The notes beneath the pieces are model-generated. The model was given only the letters and a program-made list of their open reading frames with translations. It was not told where the DNA came from and did not search any database. From a virus (Duplodnaviria > Caudoviricetes), in the IMG/VR virus record IMGVR_UViG_3300009500_000015, positions 2,998-66,997 of that record: a DNA stretch of 64,000 nt. The stretch is one strand, 5' to 3'. Positions 34,611 to 44,546 of the stretch are shown here, piece by piece. Numbering within the stretch: position 1 is the first letter of the stretch; each line of letters opens with the position of its first letter. The translations under genes and the position numbers were made by a program.

Positions 34611-35011
34611 TGGAACGCGCCGAGTGGGATCGCTATTTACCCGAGAGTTTTATCGAATCGGCCCAAGAGATCTTTACGGCCCCAAGCCCAAGGTCTTTAA
34701 AGCGTATTCGCATGTTTTGGACGAGCGGAATGTTTCGCGTGGCGAGGCGTGATTGTTCTTTATATAGCGTCGAGGTTGCAAATTGCGGCGCTTGGGGCAG
34801 ATTGCGGATCTTTACCGGCACGGGGCGCATAGTGTTTGATATGCCGTCGCTTTTTACCGGCAGTTTTCCGCTAGAAGGCTTTTGCGAAGGGGGTTTGATA
34901 TGTCACATAGCGTGCGGACCCGGTTCTGATATTTTGATGAGCGTTACCTTTACGGAACCAGATACCGATCAGGTTTTGCCAGACGGCTCCATAGTTAGAT
35001 CTGAAAAGTAG
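34610..35011 (+). CDS. Hypothetical protein
   Basis: Coupled ORF. Confidence 0.6.
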   Translation: MERAEWDRYLPESFIESAQEIFTAPSPRSLKRIRMFWTSGMFRVARRDCSLYSVEVANCGAWGRLRIFTGTGRIVFDMPSLFTGSFPLEGFCEGGLICHIACGPGSDILMSVTFTEPDTDQVLPDGSIVRSEK

Positions 35012-35076
35012 TGTGCTATATTTCCTCTTGGTGGGGCGCGATGCCTGTTAATCTAGCTACGTGAGATTTACAGCCA

Positions 35077-35811
35077 ATGCCCAACGGCCATATCCTTTCG
35101 CAATATCCACCAGTACCCGAACAAGCCACAAGCTTCGGCTACAAGCAACTTTTACTATTAGATGCCATAACGGCCAACGATGTTGGCATATGGGTGCCGT
35201 TTGCGCCATTTAGTAAGGGTAGCTTCGAGGTTACGGCCCCCTCTACTTTTACCGGAACGGTCGCGCTTTATGCAAGCAATGCGGCCTACATGCCACCAAA
35301 CGCCTTGCAAATCGCAGTTGGCGGCACCAAAACGACAGGCGATGTGCTCACCGTGTCTATCGCGTGCGGCGACCTTATGGGCGGGGCGATCACTGCTAGC
35401 TATACGGTTTTGGCAGGCGATACGCTTGCCACCATAGCGGCCGGATTGACCACGGCCCTACAGACCGCCATCAAATCCGCCTCCATTGTTTTTGCAAATC
35501 CCAACCCTCCTCTAGTTGATGCGGCCTATATTGAGGTCACAAATCCAAGCGCCCCATCAGACAATATCCTTGTCCAATGGCAATTTCCGCTTGCACCAAT
35601 CACGATTAACAATAGCCTTTCGACAGGCGCAACCGAAACCCTGACCGTAACTCAGATTGATGATGGCGAGGGTTTTCTTGTTCCCAACTGTTCTTTGACC
35701 GCCACGGGCAATGTGGTCTTTAGCCAACCGTGCAGATGGATGAAAGCCAAATGTACTGGTTATAGCGGAGTCGTGCCCATAACGGCCATCGTGGTAGCAA
35801 CACTCCCCTAA
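35077..35811 (+). CDS. Virion-associated protein with one YTVxxGDTL domain
   Basis: GGTKTTGDVLTV...SYTVLAGDTLATIAAGL; TGCTATAT extended -10 at 35014. Confidence 0.6.
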   Translation: MPNGHILSQYPPVPEQATSFGYKQLLLLDAITANDVGIWVPFAPFSKGSFEVTAPSTFTGTVALYASNAAYMPPNALQIAVGGTKTTGDVLTVSIACGDLMGGAITASYTVLAGDTLATIAAGLTTALQTAIKSASIVFANPNPPLVDAAYIEVTNPSAPSDNILVQWQFPLAPITINNSLSTGATETLTVTQIDDGEGFLVPNCSLTATGNVVFSQPCRWMKAKCTGYSGVVPITAIVVATLP

Positions 35812-35843
35812 AAGCGTAAGACCGGAGGTCTTGAAGAGAACAT

Positions 35844-36701
35844 ATGGCAGTATCCCCAGAAGAGCTGGCTAGAATACAGGCAGAAGCAGCAGAAGCAAAA
35901 GCAAAGCTAGAAGCCCTAACGGCCCAAAAGTCCACAGTCGATCTCATTGAAGATGACGATCCGACAAATAGCGAAGCGCTAGTAATCGGCAATTTTAAGG
36001 ACGCTGATCCCGAAAGCCTAAAGGCCGCTTTCAAAAAGGTTCAGCACGAAAGCAAAAACCATAGACTAAAAGCTCGAGACTATCGGGAAAAGCTTGAGGC
36101 AGAAACGGCCGCCAAGGCCGCCCTACAGGCCAAAGTTGAGGAGTTTGAGAATGCCAAACTCTTAAGCGAGAAAAATTACCAACAAATTACAGCAAACCAA
36201 TCGACCAAAATCCAACAATTGCAGCAAGTGGCTATCAATGCGGCAATCAAAACCCGGGCGATTCAGGAAGGTATTCCCGATGTGGTGCTCAATTCTCTAA
36301 ATCGTACCGGCATTGGCATTACCAATGAGGGCGATGTGACCGGGCTAGATCTTGCATTTGAACGCCTAAAGCTAGAGTCGGCCGAAGTTCTTGAGGCACT
36401 AGCGCTTTCCAAACAAATCAAAGAAGGAAAGCTTAAGCCAGGCGCCAAGGCAGAAGAGGCAGAAGATCCAGCAGCCGAGGAAGTTGATCCAAAACTTGCC
36501 GCGCTGGACAAAATGCAAAAGCCCGGAACAAACATGACCTACGGGGAATATAGGCGACGCACCTCGTTTGGTAGTGGTGCGGGCGCCGATCCAAAAGGAG
36601 CCAAGCCCAATGCGGGCAAGGCGCAGCCGGACTTTAAAAATATGTCGAGCCAAGAGGTTGAAGCTTGGTATCAAAAGCAATATAGGCCCACTCTTAAGTA
36701 A
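35844..36701 (+). CDS. Capsid scaffolding protein
   Basis: Glu/Lys/Ala-rich coiled coil (ESKNHRLK) directly upstream of the MCP. Confidence 0.7.
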   Translation: MAVSPEELARIQAEAAEAKAKLEALTAQKSTVDLIEDDDPTNSEALVIGNFKDADPESLKAAFKKVQHESKNHRLKARDYREKLEAETAAKAALQAKVEEFENAKLLSEKNYQQITANQSTKIQQLQQVAINAAIKTRAIQEGIPDVVLNSLNRTGIGITNEGDVTGLDLAFERLKLESAEVLEALALSKQIKEGKLKPGAKAEEAEDPAAEEVDPKLAALDKMQKPGTNMTYGEYRRRTSFGSGAGADPKGAKPNAGKAQPDFKNMSSQEVEAWYQKQYRPTLK

Positions 36702-36819
36702 GAGGAAAATTGCTAAAGACCCCAAGGCCGTGCTAATTTATATGTGATGCCTTAGATTTAGGCGAGGCGTGGGCGCGAGGCCCGAAACGGTAAAGATTAC
36801 GTTTCGAGGACACGCAGAA

Positions 36820-38217
36820 ATGCCTACATTTTATGATTTTGCAGGAACGCTAGTTGATCTCTTCCAGAATGGCTTTCTAGCCAGACAGCTTGAAGAAGGT
36901 CTCGACACCTACATGGCGTACAGACGACACGCTACCGAAATTATGGTAGATGGTCGTATCGGTTCACAAATCACCATTCCGAGAGTTGGTCGTAAGGGTC
37001 CGGTCACCGTGGCGCTTAATGCCGCAGGACTGACCGCCAATCTCGACAACAGTCTTAGCCCATCGCTACCGGCAATCGAAACCTATGCCTTAACTCTAAT
37101 GGAGTGGGGCGATACGGCAGACGTAGACCTGATTGGTTCTACTGCCGCAGCGGCCGACTTGGTTAAGATGGCCTCTAGGACTAATGGCGTACAGGCCGCC
37201 CAATCAATTGAGCGCCTTGCCAAAATCGCCTACCATACTGCCTACGAGGGCGGTAACACTTGGGTAAGGGGCGATCTTTCGGGCACAACCCTCACGACAA
37301 TTAGGGTTGATGATGTTCGCGGCTTCCTGACCGTACCGGTCAACGGCGTCCCAACACCAGTAAGCTCGCTAAACCCGCTCCCTTGCTACGAAATGCGAAC
37401 CACCCCTGGTGGCTTTAACCAGCAATTCAACGTGACGGGCGTGACGATTGATAATCCAAACGTCTCGCTCTATCCATACAGTTCTCTTGATGGCAACGGT
37501 AACCCGATACCCGATGGTATTTCGGGCGTTTTGGCTATCAGTGGGGCGACAAACATACCGGCGGGCGGAGATGCGATCATCGCGGCAAATGCTGCCAAAG
37601 TGGTGCGCCCGTTCAATAAGCCAAGCTACAACATCCTCAATTCTGGTGACGCCGCGACACTCGGCACCTTGCTTGATAGCAAGACCCGCCTAGAGCAAAA
37701 TGCCGTCCCAACCATGCGGGACTATACATATCACTATCTCTACGATCCGGCAGTCATGCGCCAATTGCTCGCAGACCAACAATTCATTGTTGCGTATGCG
37801 GCACGCAAGGATTCGGAAGAAATTAAGTCCGGACAAATCTTTGTTATCTTCGGCATAACCTTTATCCCGACTACGGAAGCATACGTTCAGGCTGCCAATC
37901 CGCTCCTTGGTATCAAGACCACTATCCGCCGTTCGATAATGATTGGCGACGAGGCCTTGCTACAAGCAGACTATGCGGGCTTAGAAATGTACCTCAATGT
38001 CGATGGGCTAGACCCACTCGGCGGCGTAATGATGGTCAATGGGGTTGCCCAGATTATCAGACCGCCTATTGACCGTATGTTGAGAGTCTTGTCTCTTACT
38101 TGGACTTGGGTAGGGGCTTTCGTAGCGCCAACCGACGCGACCGCAACCCCACTAATCATTCCGACCGCTTCAAATGCTCTTTATAAGAGAGCGTGTGTAA
38201 TTCAAACCGCAGGTTAA
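36820..38217 (+). CDS. Major capsid protein
   Basis: 465 aa after scaffold; GAGG RBS; capsid-like composition and position. Confidence 0.8.
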   Translation: MPTFYDFAGTLVDLFQNGFLARQLEEGLDTYMAYRRHATEIMVDGRIGSQITIPRVGRKGPVTVALNAAGLTANLDNSLSPSLPAIETYALTLMEWGDTADVDLIGSTAAAADLVKMASRTNGVQAAQSIERLAKIAYHTAYEGGNTWVRGDLSGTTLTTIRVDDVRGFLTVPVNGVPTPVSSLNPLPCYEMRTTPGGFNQQFNVTGVTIDNPNVSLYPYSSLDGNGNPIPDGISGVLAISGATNIPAGGDAIIAANAAKVVRPFNKPSYNILNSGDAATLGTLLDSKTRLEQNAVPTMRDYTYHYLYDPAVMRQLLADQQFIVAYAARKDSEEIKSGQIFVIFGITFIPTTEAYVQAANPLLGIKTTIRRSIMIGDEALLQADYAGLEMYLNVDGLDPLGGVMMVNGVAQIIRPPIDRMLRVLSLTWTWVGAFVAPTDATATPLIIPTASNALYKRACVIQTAG

Positions 38218-38290
38218 GACCGCCAAAGTTAGGCGTCTGACTAATATTAGACGCCCGACTTACTGGCACTAACAAAAGAGGACAAAACCG

Positions 38291-38506
38291 ATGTCAACGA
38301 CAAATAAAACCATGATGGGGCCCGAACCTGTACGCAAAAGCGGACAGAAGCGCGCGCCTGTCAGCATGAAGTTGCCGCTTAAAGACGATGGCAGAGTTCA
38401 TCCGGCCGCCGGCATGCGCCCCACCACCAGTGCGGCTCATTATGCAGACGCCTCGATGATTGGCGATGCGGTCGGCGGAAAAATGGAAACCACCTCGGGT
38501 AGCTAA
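38291..38506 (+). CDS. Small hypothetical protein
   Basis: AGAGG RBS, downstream of a hairpin at 38232-38255. Confidence 0.55.
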   Translation: MSTTNKTMMGPEPVRKSGQKRAPVSMKLPLKDDGRVHPAAGMRPTTSAAHYADASMIGDAVGGKMETTSGS

Positions 38507-38514
38507 ACCAACTT

Positions 38515-38709
38515 ATGGCAGATAAGGCGATCAAAGTTATGAACCGGCGCGTCAAACCTGGCGTGCCGGTTATTAACACCCCTGCGGGAATGTACGCACC
38601 CGACTGGGATGATCCAAAAGTACAAGCGGATCGCGTATTGAAGCGAGAACAAACCCCTCGCCTCATTGGCCGTGGGCCAAGTGGCTTAGACAAGGTGCGA
38701 AAGTCATGA
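38515..38709 (+). CDS. Small hypothetical protein
   Basis: Coupled ORF. Confidence 0.5.
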   Translation: MADKAIKVMNRRVKPGVPVINTPAGMYAPDWDDPKVQADRVLKREQTPRLIGRGPSGLDKVRKS

Positions 38710-40997
38710 CATACAACTGGCCAGACTATACGGAATATGGCACCCCCGCTCCGCCTAACTACGGGCAGAACCCGACCCTCGTGCCAAATGTCGATCCCTT
38801 TATCGCCAATCCGGCAGGTTATGGCGGTAGTAATCAGGTGCCAATTCGGCAAGTTCTACAACTATTCCCCCGCCAACCGGCTAACGGGACCGTGACATTT
38901 ACCGGTTCGGTAACGACCGGCGATAGCGTGGTGCTGCAATTTGAAAACGGCATCTTTCCTCTTGGTGGCCAATATCAGATCTCCACACTGGCGCTTTCGA
39001 CCGATTCGCTCGCAACCATAGCCGAGCGGCTTGGCGCTCAGATCAATACGGACCCTCTTTTAAATGGTTTGTTTGGCGTCACGTCCGAATATTCTGTAGT
39101 GAGCTCAAACCCCGTCTTGACGATCAATTGGCCCGGACCGGTTGGTAACGTCACGCTTTTGTCTGGTTTTAGTCAAATAAACAAAGCAACGATCCTCTTT
39201 GGCGGCACCGCAACGGCCGCAGATGTCCTAACGCTAACTTTTGCCAGTAGCCAACTGTCGGCCAATCAAGCGACCCTTACGCTAAGCGGAACGGTAACGA
39301 CTGGCGATGTGATTGGGCTTGATTTTAGCAACCCGTCCTTTGCGCAAGACGTGACCTTAAGCTACACCGTGCAGGTGGGCGACACGCTCACCACCATCGC
39401 GACCGCTCTTGTGACAGCCATCAATGCGTCCACCTCGCTCAAAGCCATTGGGCTAACCTCGAGCAGCGAGCAAAACCAAATTGCCATGAGTTGGGGGCAG
39501 GTCTATGGAAGCGTGTTTGTCGCGCCTTCCGCCACCAGATCGGCAACCGAAATACTATCGTTGGCCTACCAGCCTGGTAGTGCGATAAGCGCCCTGGCAC
39601 CAAGTCCGCAACCATCCTATCTGATTACCCTAACGGGCAGTGCGACCACAAACGATGTGATCTCGGTGGTTGTGCGGGCCCAGCAAATAACCACACTCGC
39701 GCCCCTAACCGTAAGCTATACGGTCCAGGGCGGCGATACCCTAACGTCTATTGCGACCGGACTGGCAGCCGCCTTTAATGGAAATGCCCTCTTGGTCGCT
39801 GGCGGTTTTGTCGCCACCCACTCGGGCGCCACCGTGACGATTGTTTGGAACTCCACCTTGGTCGGTTCGGTCAATATGTCGGGGTTTGCCACCGCAAGCT
39901 CGGGCACAAATTTCAGCCTGCAGGGCGGACAACAATCGATCAGCGTTACCTACACGGTACAGGGCGGCGATACGCTCAGCACAATAGCCACAGCCTTTAC
40001 GAACGCGATCAATGCCAACGTGGCGCTTAAGGGCAATGTGTTGGCGACCGTCTCTAGCCAAACTATAAGCGCCTTTATCGACCAACCGCTCTTCCCCCTG
40101 ACGGTCACCAGCTCGAAAAATACGGGCGCGACCGAAACCATAACAATAACGGCCGAAAGTCTCGGTCAGACAATCACGATCGGCGGCTCCATCACGGTGG
40201 GCGATGAGGTTAATATCCTTGTGGCCAATCCGGAATTAGCCGCAAGCGTTCAGATCGTCTATCAGACCGTAACGGGCGATACGCTAACGACCGTGGCGGC
40301 CGCGCTGGCGCAACTTATCGACGAGAACGAACAGCTATACAGTCTTATGAGCGCGGGCAATTCGGGCGCGGTCATTACGCTTGAGCCAAATCCAGAAGCC
40401 CAACCCTCTACGGTGACGGGCTTTGTTAACGGACTCGAAACCCTCACGGTTGGGGGAACCATTACGACGGGCGATACGGTCACCCTAACGGTAACGGACG
40501 CGGGTCTAAGCGGTGGTCACGTTACATTGCCCGCCTATACGGTTCTCGTTACCGACACGACCACAACCATAGCGACCGCCCTAAAGGGACTGATCAATGC
40601 GAGCGCCGCCCTGGCGGCAATTGGCGTGACGGCCACCAGTTCGGGTGCGGTGGTAGATATCACATCCACGAGCCCAAACCATACGACCTACAGTGTGGCC
40701 AAGACGGGCACGACCGAAACCTATACTTTGGCCTCTCTGGTAACCGAAACGGTAACCATTGCCAATACCAATACGGGATCAGAAACCGTGACCGCTACCG
40801 AACTTACCGGCGGAAGCGGGCCGGTCATTCCTTTAAGCAATTTCGAGTTTGCCCAAAGTACCTCGGTCCCTTCAACCAATCCGACAGGGTTTGTTGCAAA
40901 CCAAGGCGTATCAACAACCTTCCGGGCCGGCGTACCAACTTTGGTCGATTACGATACTGTAGTTGCTCTTTGTGGTGCAGGTCAGCCGATCGTTTAG
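38706..40997 (+). CDS. Virion/decoration protein with about 6 tandem YTVxxGDTL domains
   Basis: Thr-rich; repeated G.vTTGD.V.L...YTV..GDTL.TIA..L...IN. Confidence 0.7.
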   Translation: MTYNWPDYTEYGTPAPPNYGQNPTLVPNVDPFIANPAGYGGSNQVPIRQVLQLFPRQPANGTVTFTGSVTTGDSVVLQFENGIFPLGGQYQISTLALSTDSLATIAERLGAQINTDPLLNGLFGVTSEYSVVSSNPVLTINWPGPVGNVTLLSGFSQINKATILFGGTATAADVLTLTFASSQLSANQATLTLSGTVTTGDVIGLDFSNPSFAQDVTLSYTVQVGDTLTTIATALVTAINASTSLKAIGLTSSSEQNQIAMSWGQVYGSVFVAPSATRSATEILSLAYQPGSAISALAPSPQPSYLITLTGSATTNDVISVVVRAQQITTLAPLTVSYTVQGGDTLTSIATGLAAAFNGNALLVAGGFVATHSGATVTIVWNSTLVGSVNMSGFATASSGTNFSLQGGQQSISVTYTVQGGDTLSTIATAFTNAINANVALKGNVLATVSSQTISAFIDQPLFPLTVTSSKNTGATETITITAESLGQTITIGGSITVGDEVNILVANPELAASVQIVYQTVTGDTLTTVAAALAQLIDENEQLYSLMSAGNSGAVITLEPNPEAQPSTVTGFVNGLETLTVGGTITTGDTVTLTVTDAGLSGGHVTLPAYTVLVTDTTTTIATALKGLINASAALAAIGVTATSSGAVVDITSTSPNHTTYSVAKTGTTETYTLASLVTETVTIANTNTGSETVTATELTGGSGPVIPLSNFEFAQSTSVPSTNPTGFVANQGVSTTFRAGVPTLVDYDTVVALCGAGQPIV

Positions 40998-41042
40998 CGA
41001 TCAGTGATTGATCGCAGTACCCAATTACAGGAGTAATGCAGC

Positions 41043-42062
41043 GTGAGCGAGATCAAAGCCGTTATTTTGCAGCCGCGAGGAAAAAACACCGCGCCAAAAG
41101 TCCAAGACCAAAAGGCCCTCAACATGCAGGCACAGGCTAATGCCGATTATGCCGCAGCCGTGGCGGCCAGTTTGGAAGCCCAAGGCGTACCACTTCCGGA
41201 CTACGAAAAGGGCCTAGTGCCCGCCCCGCCGCAGCCAGCACAATATTATCCGCCTCAAGCCTATTATCCGCCGCCGCAGCCGGGCTATCCGCCTCAATAT
41301 CCGGCGCAGACCGCTTACGCGCCCCAACCGGCGCAAGTGCCCCAATATCAGCAACCCGCCCCGCAATATGTGCCGCCCCAAGGACAATTGCCCGAGCCAG
41401 TTCAAGCCCCAATGCCCCAGCCGGCGCCAGTCGAACCGCCCAAAACGGTCTCGAAAGGCAGAAGCCGCAAGAAAGCAGACCCACAACCAGAATTAGCTTC
41501 TGTGCCGCCACCCGGAACCCCAATGGCTCAGCCGGGCAGTCAGGATGCGATTGTTCCTAGACCGCCAAGAACAAGGGCAGAGCACAATCAAGAGCACAAT
41601 CCGACGCCGCAGGAATACCACGATATTTCCGACGTATTTTTAGGGCGCACCAACGAGAAGGTTTTGAGCGGTATTCCGCGCGTCCAGTTAGATCAATTCG
41701 GTCGCCCAATGTTGCCAGGCCAACAGATGGCCCCGCCGCAAGGCTATCAATATCCAGGCGGTCAGCCGCCTCCGGGTTGGATGCCCCAACAACCACAATA
41801 CCAACAACCGCCCCAATTCCAAGCTCCTATTCCTATTCAGTACGCGATGCCCGAGAAGGTTCCGGCATACATTTTCCAAAAAGATTGGGGCGGCTATCTT
41901 GATGGGAGCAATTTCAACGTCTTTAAGGCGGGCGATGTGGTTGAGGACATCACCACTATCGATCAGCTAATGCGTGGCGGAGCACCTATTGTGCCGGCCG
42001 CCTCGGCTCAGAATCTTCTTGAATGTCCGCACTGTCATTGCAGGTTTCCAGATAATAGGTAA
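41043..42062 (+). CDS. Pro/Gln-rich low-complexity protein with C-terminal CPHC
   Basis: PQY/YPPQ repeats. Confidence 0.65.
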   Translation: MSEIKAVILQPRGKNTAPKVQDQKALNMQAQANADYAAAVAASLEAQGVPLPDYEKGLVPAPPQPAQYYPPQAYYPPPQPGYPPQYPAQTAYAPQPAQVPQYQQPAPQYVPPQGQLPEPVQAPMPQPAPVEPPKTVSKGRSRKKADPQPELASVPPPGTPMAQPGSQDAIVPRPPRTRAEHNQEHNPTPQEYHDISDVFLGRTNEKVLSGIPRVQLDQFGRPMLPGQQMAPPQGYQYPGGQPPPGWMPQQPQYQQPPQFQAPIPIQYAMPEKVPAYIFQKDWGGYLDGSNFNVFKAGDVVEDITTIDQLMRGGAPIVPAASAQNLLECPHCHCRFPDNR

Positions 42063-42065
42063 CGC

Positions 42066-42911
42066 ATGGCCATCAGTGATGCCGATCTATCAAATTGTAT
42101 TCGGCACCTTGGCTATGATGTTCAAGGGCTCTGGCAGGCTGGCGTTAATGGTGGGTCGCTCGCCTACAATAATGCGGGCTATAGGTATTTCCGTTTTTTT
42201 GGCGCTCTGCTTAGACGCGTCCAGCAATTAAGGCCAGACGAGGAAAGCAGACTAACGGGAAGGGCCTATGGGTCTGTCGGTTTTACCGGCTTTAACCCGA
42301 CGCCTGGTGACGTTGTTAACGTTACGGTCGTGCTCAATACGACAGGCGCGATCCCAATAACCGCTACGGTCACATGTCCCGCAGGTGGACCGAACGGCAG
42401 CCCCTTTACGCTCCTAAATCTTTGCGGACAATTATCCCAAAACCTACTCCTACAGCCAGCCTTTCAGGCAGCCGGACTTAATGCAATCGCCACCTATGGG
42501 TCTGGACCATATAGCGATGTTCAGGTGCCGCTACCATTGCTTGCCATTTGGCAAAATGTCGGTCAATCTGGCTTTACGATCACCACAAGCTATACGGGCC
42601 AGACGGTCCCGCAGGTGGTCAATCAGGGGCAATTGCTCTCTCCGCTCTTGGCCTTTAAGCAGGCGGGCGGATTGGTAAATGTCTGGGGCTATCTGCCCGT
42701 TATGGACTATTTGGAAAGCGCGTGGCTTGGCGAGACTGCCCTATTGTCCGTTGCGGGCGATAATGGCGTTTTGCTTCGAAGCGGCGAGGCGCTCCAAGAC
42801 AGAATGGAAATGAGGCGAACATACCGACAAGAGTTAGCCGCGTTCCTCGGCGTTCCGGCCAACAGGGATAATCCGGGGATACAGGGTAGCTGTGTAAATG
42901 TCTCCTACTAA
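42066..42911 (+). CDS. Putative head-tail adaptor / neck protein
   Basis: Position; ..IRHLGY N-terminus and ELAAFLGVP C-terminus. Confidence 0.5.
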   Translation: MAISDADLSNCIRHLGYDVQGLWQAGVNGGSLAYNNAGYRYFRFFGALLRRVQQLRPDEESRLTGRAYGSVGFTGFNPTPGDVVNVTVVLNTTGAIPITATVTCPAGGPNGSPFTLLNLCGQLSQNLLLQPAFQAAGLNAIATYGSGPYSDVQVPLPLLAIWQNVGQSGFTITTSYTGQTVPQVVNQGQLLSPLLAFKQAGGLVNVWGYLPVMDYLESAWLGETALLSVAGDNGVLLRSGEALQDRMEMRRTYRQELAAFLGVPANRDNPGIQGSCVNVSY

Positions 42912-43770
42912 CGATAATCCCAATCCGCTGATTGGTACGAACATTACGGCCGCGACCAATCCGGCGGGCGCAGACTATACCACTCTGGAAAGCATAGCCA
43001 ACACGGCTCGAGGCGCGGTCGCCCCCATATCGGGACAACCCTATAGCGTCTATAGGCTCAATAGTCAAAGTAACGTCGATTGGTACAATCCTCAAAATCC
43101 TAGCTACAATCGGATATTTACCGGATATGCAATCAGGTGGCTAGATTATGCAGGGGCGCTGAAGAAAGCGGGGGGATTCGTAAGTGACAAAACGCTCAAT
43201 ACGTTTCTTTATGCACTTGATACAGACGTTTCACCGTTCCTTGTTGGGGATCTATTTGTGCTCAATGATCCTTATTTTGGTGCTGGGAAAACCGCCGTTT
43301 CATTTTCGACGAACCAGTTCCAAGCGATGTGCTTCTGTTCCGAACAGCCAATAAAAACTCCGCTTGCCGCTCGGATTGATCGGCGCGTTCAGATATTCCG
43401 AAAACTAACAGGACCAGATACAAATGGCTATTGGTCAAGCACTATCGATGAGGCCAGGCCAGTCCAATTGATAAACGGACAGTTCCGCCTTGGACAAAGT
43501 GGCGAGAATGCCGCGTTCATTCCGGCCGGCATGATGCCCTCAAAGCGGACCAGAAATAATATTATTCAAGGCACGGTCAATATGCCGGCTCAAGCAGAAT
43601 GGCAGCTATTTGTCCCCATGCTCCAAAACTTTACTTTTCAGGAAGGAGATATTATAAAGAACGAGGATGGCGACATGTATCAGGTCTCAAACCCCTGGTT
43701 CCAAGCGACCGATTTTGTAGGCAATCAGCTAACAATTAAACGTTATGTAGCGGCGGCAACGAGCACCTAA
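42898..43770 (+). CDS. Putative head-closure / neck protein
   Basis: Position; FQEGDII...G..YQV C-terminus. Confidence 0.45.
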   Translation: MSPTNDNPNPLIGTNITAATNPAGADYTTLESIANTARGAVAPISGQPYSVYRLNSQSNVDWYNPQNPSYNRIFTGYAIRWLDYAGALKKAGGFVSDKTLNTFLYALDTDVSPFLVGDLFVLNDPYFGAGKTAVSFSTNQFQAMCFCSEQPIKTPLAARIDRRVQIFRKLTGPDTNGYWSSTIDEARPVQLINGQFRLGQSGENAAFIPAGMMPSKRTRNNIIQGTVNMPAQAEWQLFVPMLQNFTFQEGDIIKNEDGDMYQVSNPWFQATDFVGNQLTIKRYVAAATST

Positions 43771-43982
43771 TGGCTAAAGAATCTGAGGCAGCAATGAAGC
43801 GTCGATGGGCGCTTGAACAAAAGCAATATCAGGCGCGAGAGGATCTTCGCATCCTGTCGACCGCCGAGCAGATAAAGTCCGATAATCAACGAATGGCTTG
43901 GGCAAAAAGAGAAGCTTTAGCGCAGGCCAAAGCCGCCCAAACGACAGCCGCCAAGATTGTTGGTAAGGCGAAAAAGAAATGA
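43770..43982 (+). CDS. Small basic helical protein
   Basis: Coupled ORF. Confidence 0.5.
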   Translation: MAKESEAAMKRRWALEQKQYQAREDLRILSTAEQIKSDNQRMAWAKREALAQAKAAQTTAAKIVGKAKKK

Positions 43983-43987
43983 AATAC

Positions 43988-44063
43988 CCCTCGATAGTTC
44001 AACTAACAGAACAACCGATTCTAAACCGGGAGCTTACGGGTGAAAGTCCCGTTCGGGGGACCA
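43988..44063 (+). tRNA. Atypical tRNA with CUA anticodon (amber-suppressor-like)
   Basis: CCCTCGA/TCGGGGG acceptor, A73, CCA end; GTTC/GAAC D stem; loop TT-CTA-AA; ACGGG/CCCGT T stem with TGAAAGT loop; 76 nt; anticodon stem has only 3 Watson-Crick pairs. Confidence 0.7.
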
Positions 44064-44066
44064 TAT

Positions 44067-44141
44067 TCCCAAGTAGCTCAGCGAAAGAGCGATCACTATT
44101 TAAGTGGGAGGTCGTTGGTTCAAGTCCAACCTTGGGAGCCA
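44067..44141 (+). tRNA. tRNA with UUU anticodon by position (Lys), non-canonical A33, Asn-like body
   Basis: TCCCAAG/CTTGGGA acceptor, G73, CCA end; GCTC/GAGC D stem; loop TA-TTT-AA; GTTGG-TTCAAGT-CCAAC T arm. Confidence 0.8.
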
Positions 44142-44219
44142 TTTTTCCGCCCGACACATAGACAAGACCCCCGCCCTAAGCCCATTTGGTCGTTAGTCAA
44201 TCAAATGAGGTTAGGCAAA

Positions 44220-44546
44220 ATGGACGAAAAGCAATACTACTATGTGGTTACAAGAACCGACCTAGATTTAGCGGACCAAGCCTGTCAGGCCATTCATGCC
44301 GCTACGGACGCGGGCAAATACTTCGGCATCAAAGAGGATTGCAATCTAGTATTCCTGCGGGTCGATAATAGAGAGCAATTGCTCAAACTGTCGGCTATTC
44401 TAAGAAGAGACAAGATCCAACACACGCGCCAGGTCGAACCTGATCTCAACAACGAAGAAACCGCCCTAGCCACCTGTATGCTATCGGGCAACGAGAGAAG
44501 GTATTTTAGGGGTCTGAAGCTTTGGCCAGTATCGACGATGTGCTAA
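44220..44546 (+). CDS. Peptidyl-tRNA hydrolase 2 (Pth2)-like protein
   Basis: YYVVTRTDL...QACQAIHA...VFLRV.N...L..L.......EPDL..E.TA.A. Confidence 0.75.
   Translation: MDEKQYYYVVTRTDLDLADQACQAIHAATDAGKYFGIKEDCNLVFLRVDNREQLLKLSAILRRDKIQHTRQVEPDLNNEETALATCMLSGNERRYFRGLKLWPVSTMC

Noticed and set aside
43979-44219. ORF 43979-44161 and the N-terminal extension of 44040-44546
   Set aside because: They overlap the two tRNA cloverleaves; the Pth2-like domain starts at ATG 44220
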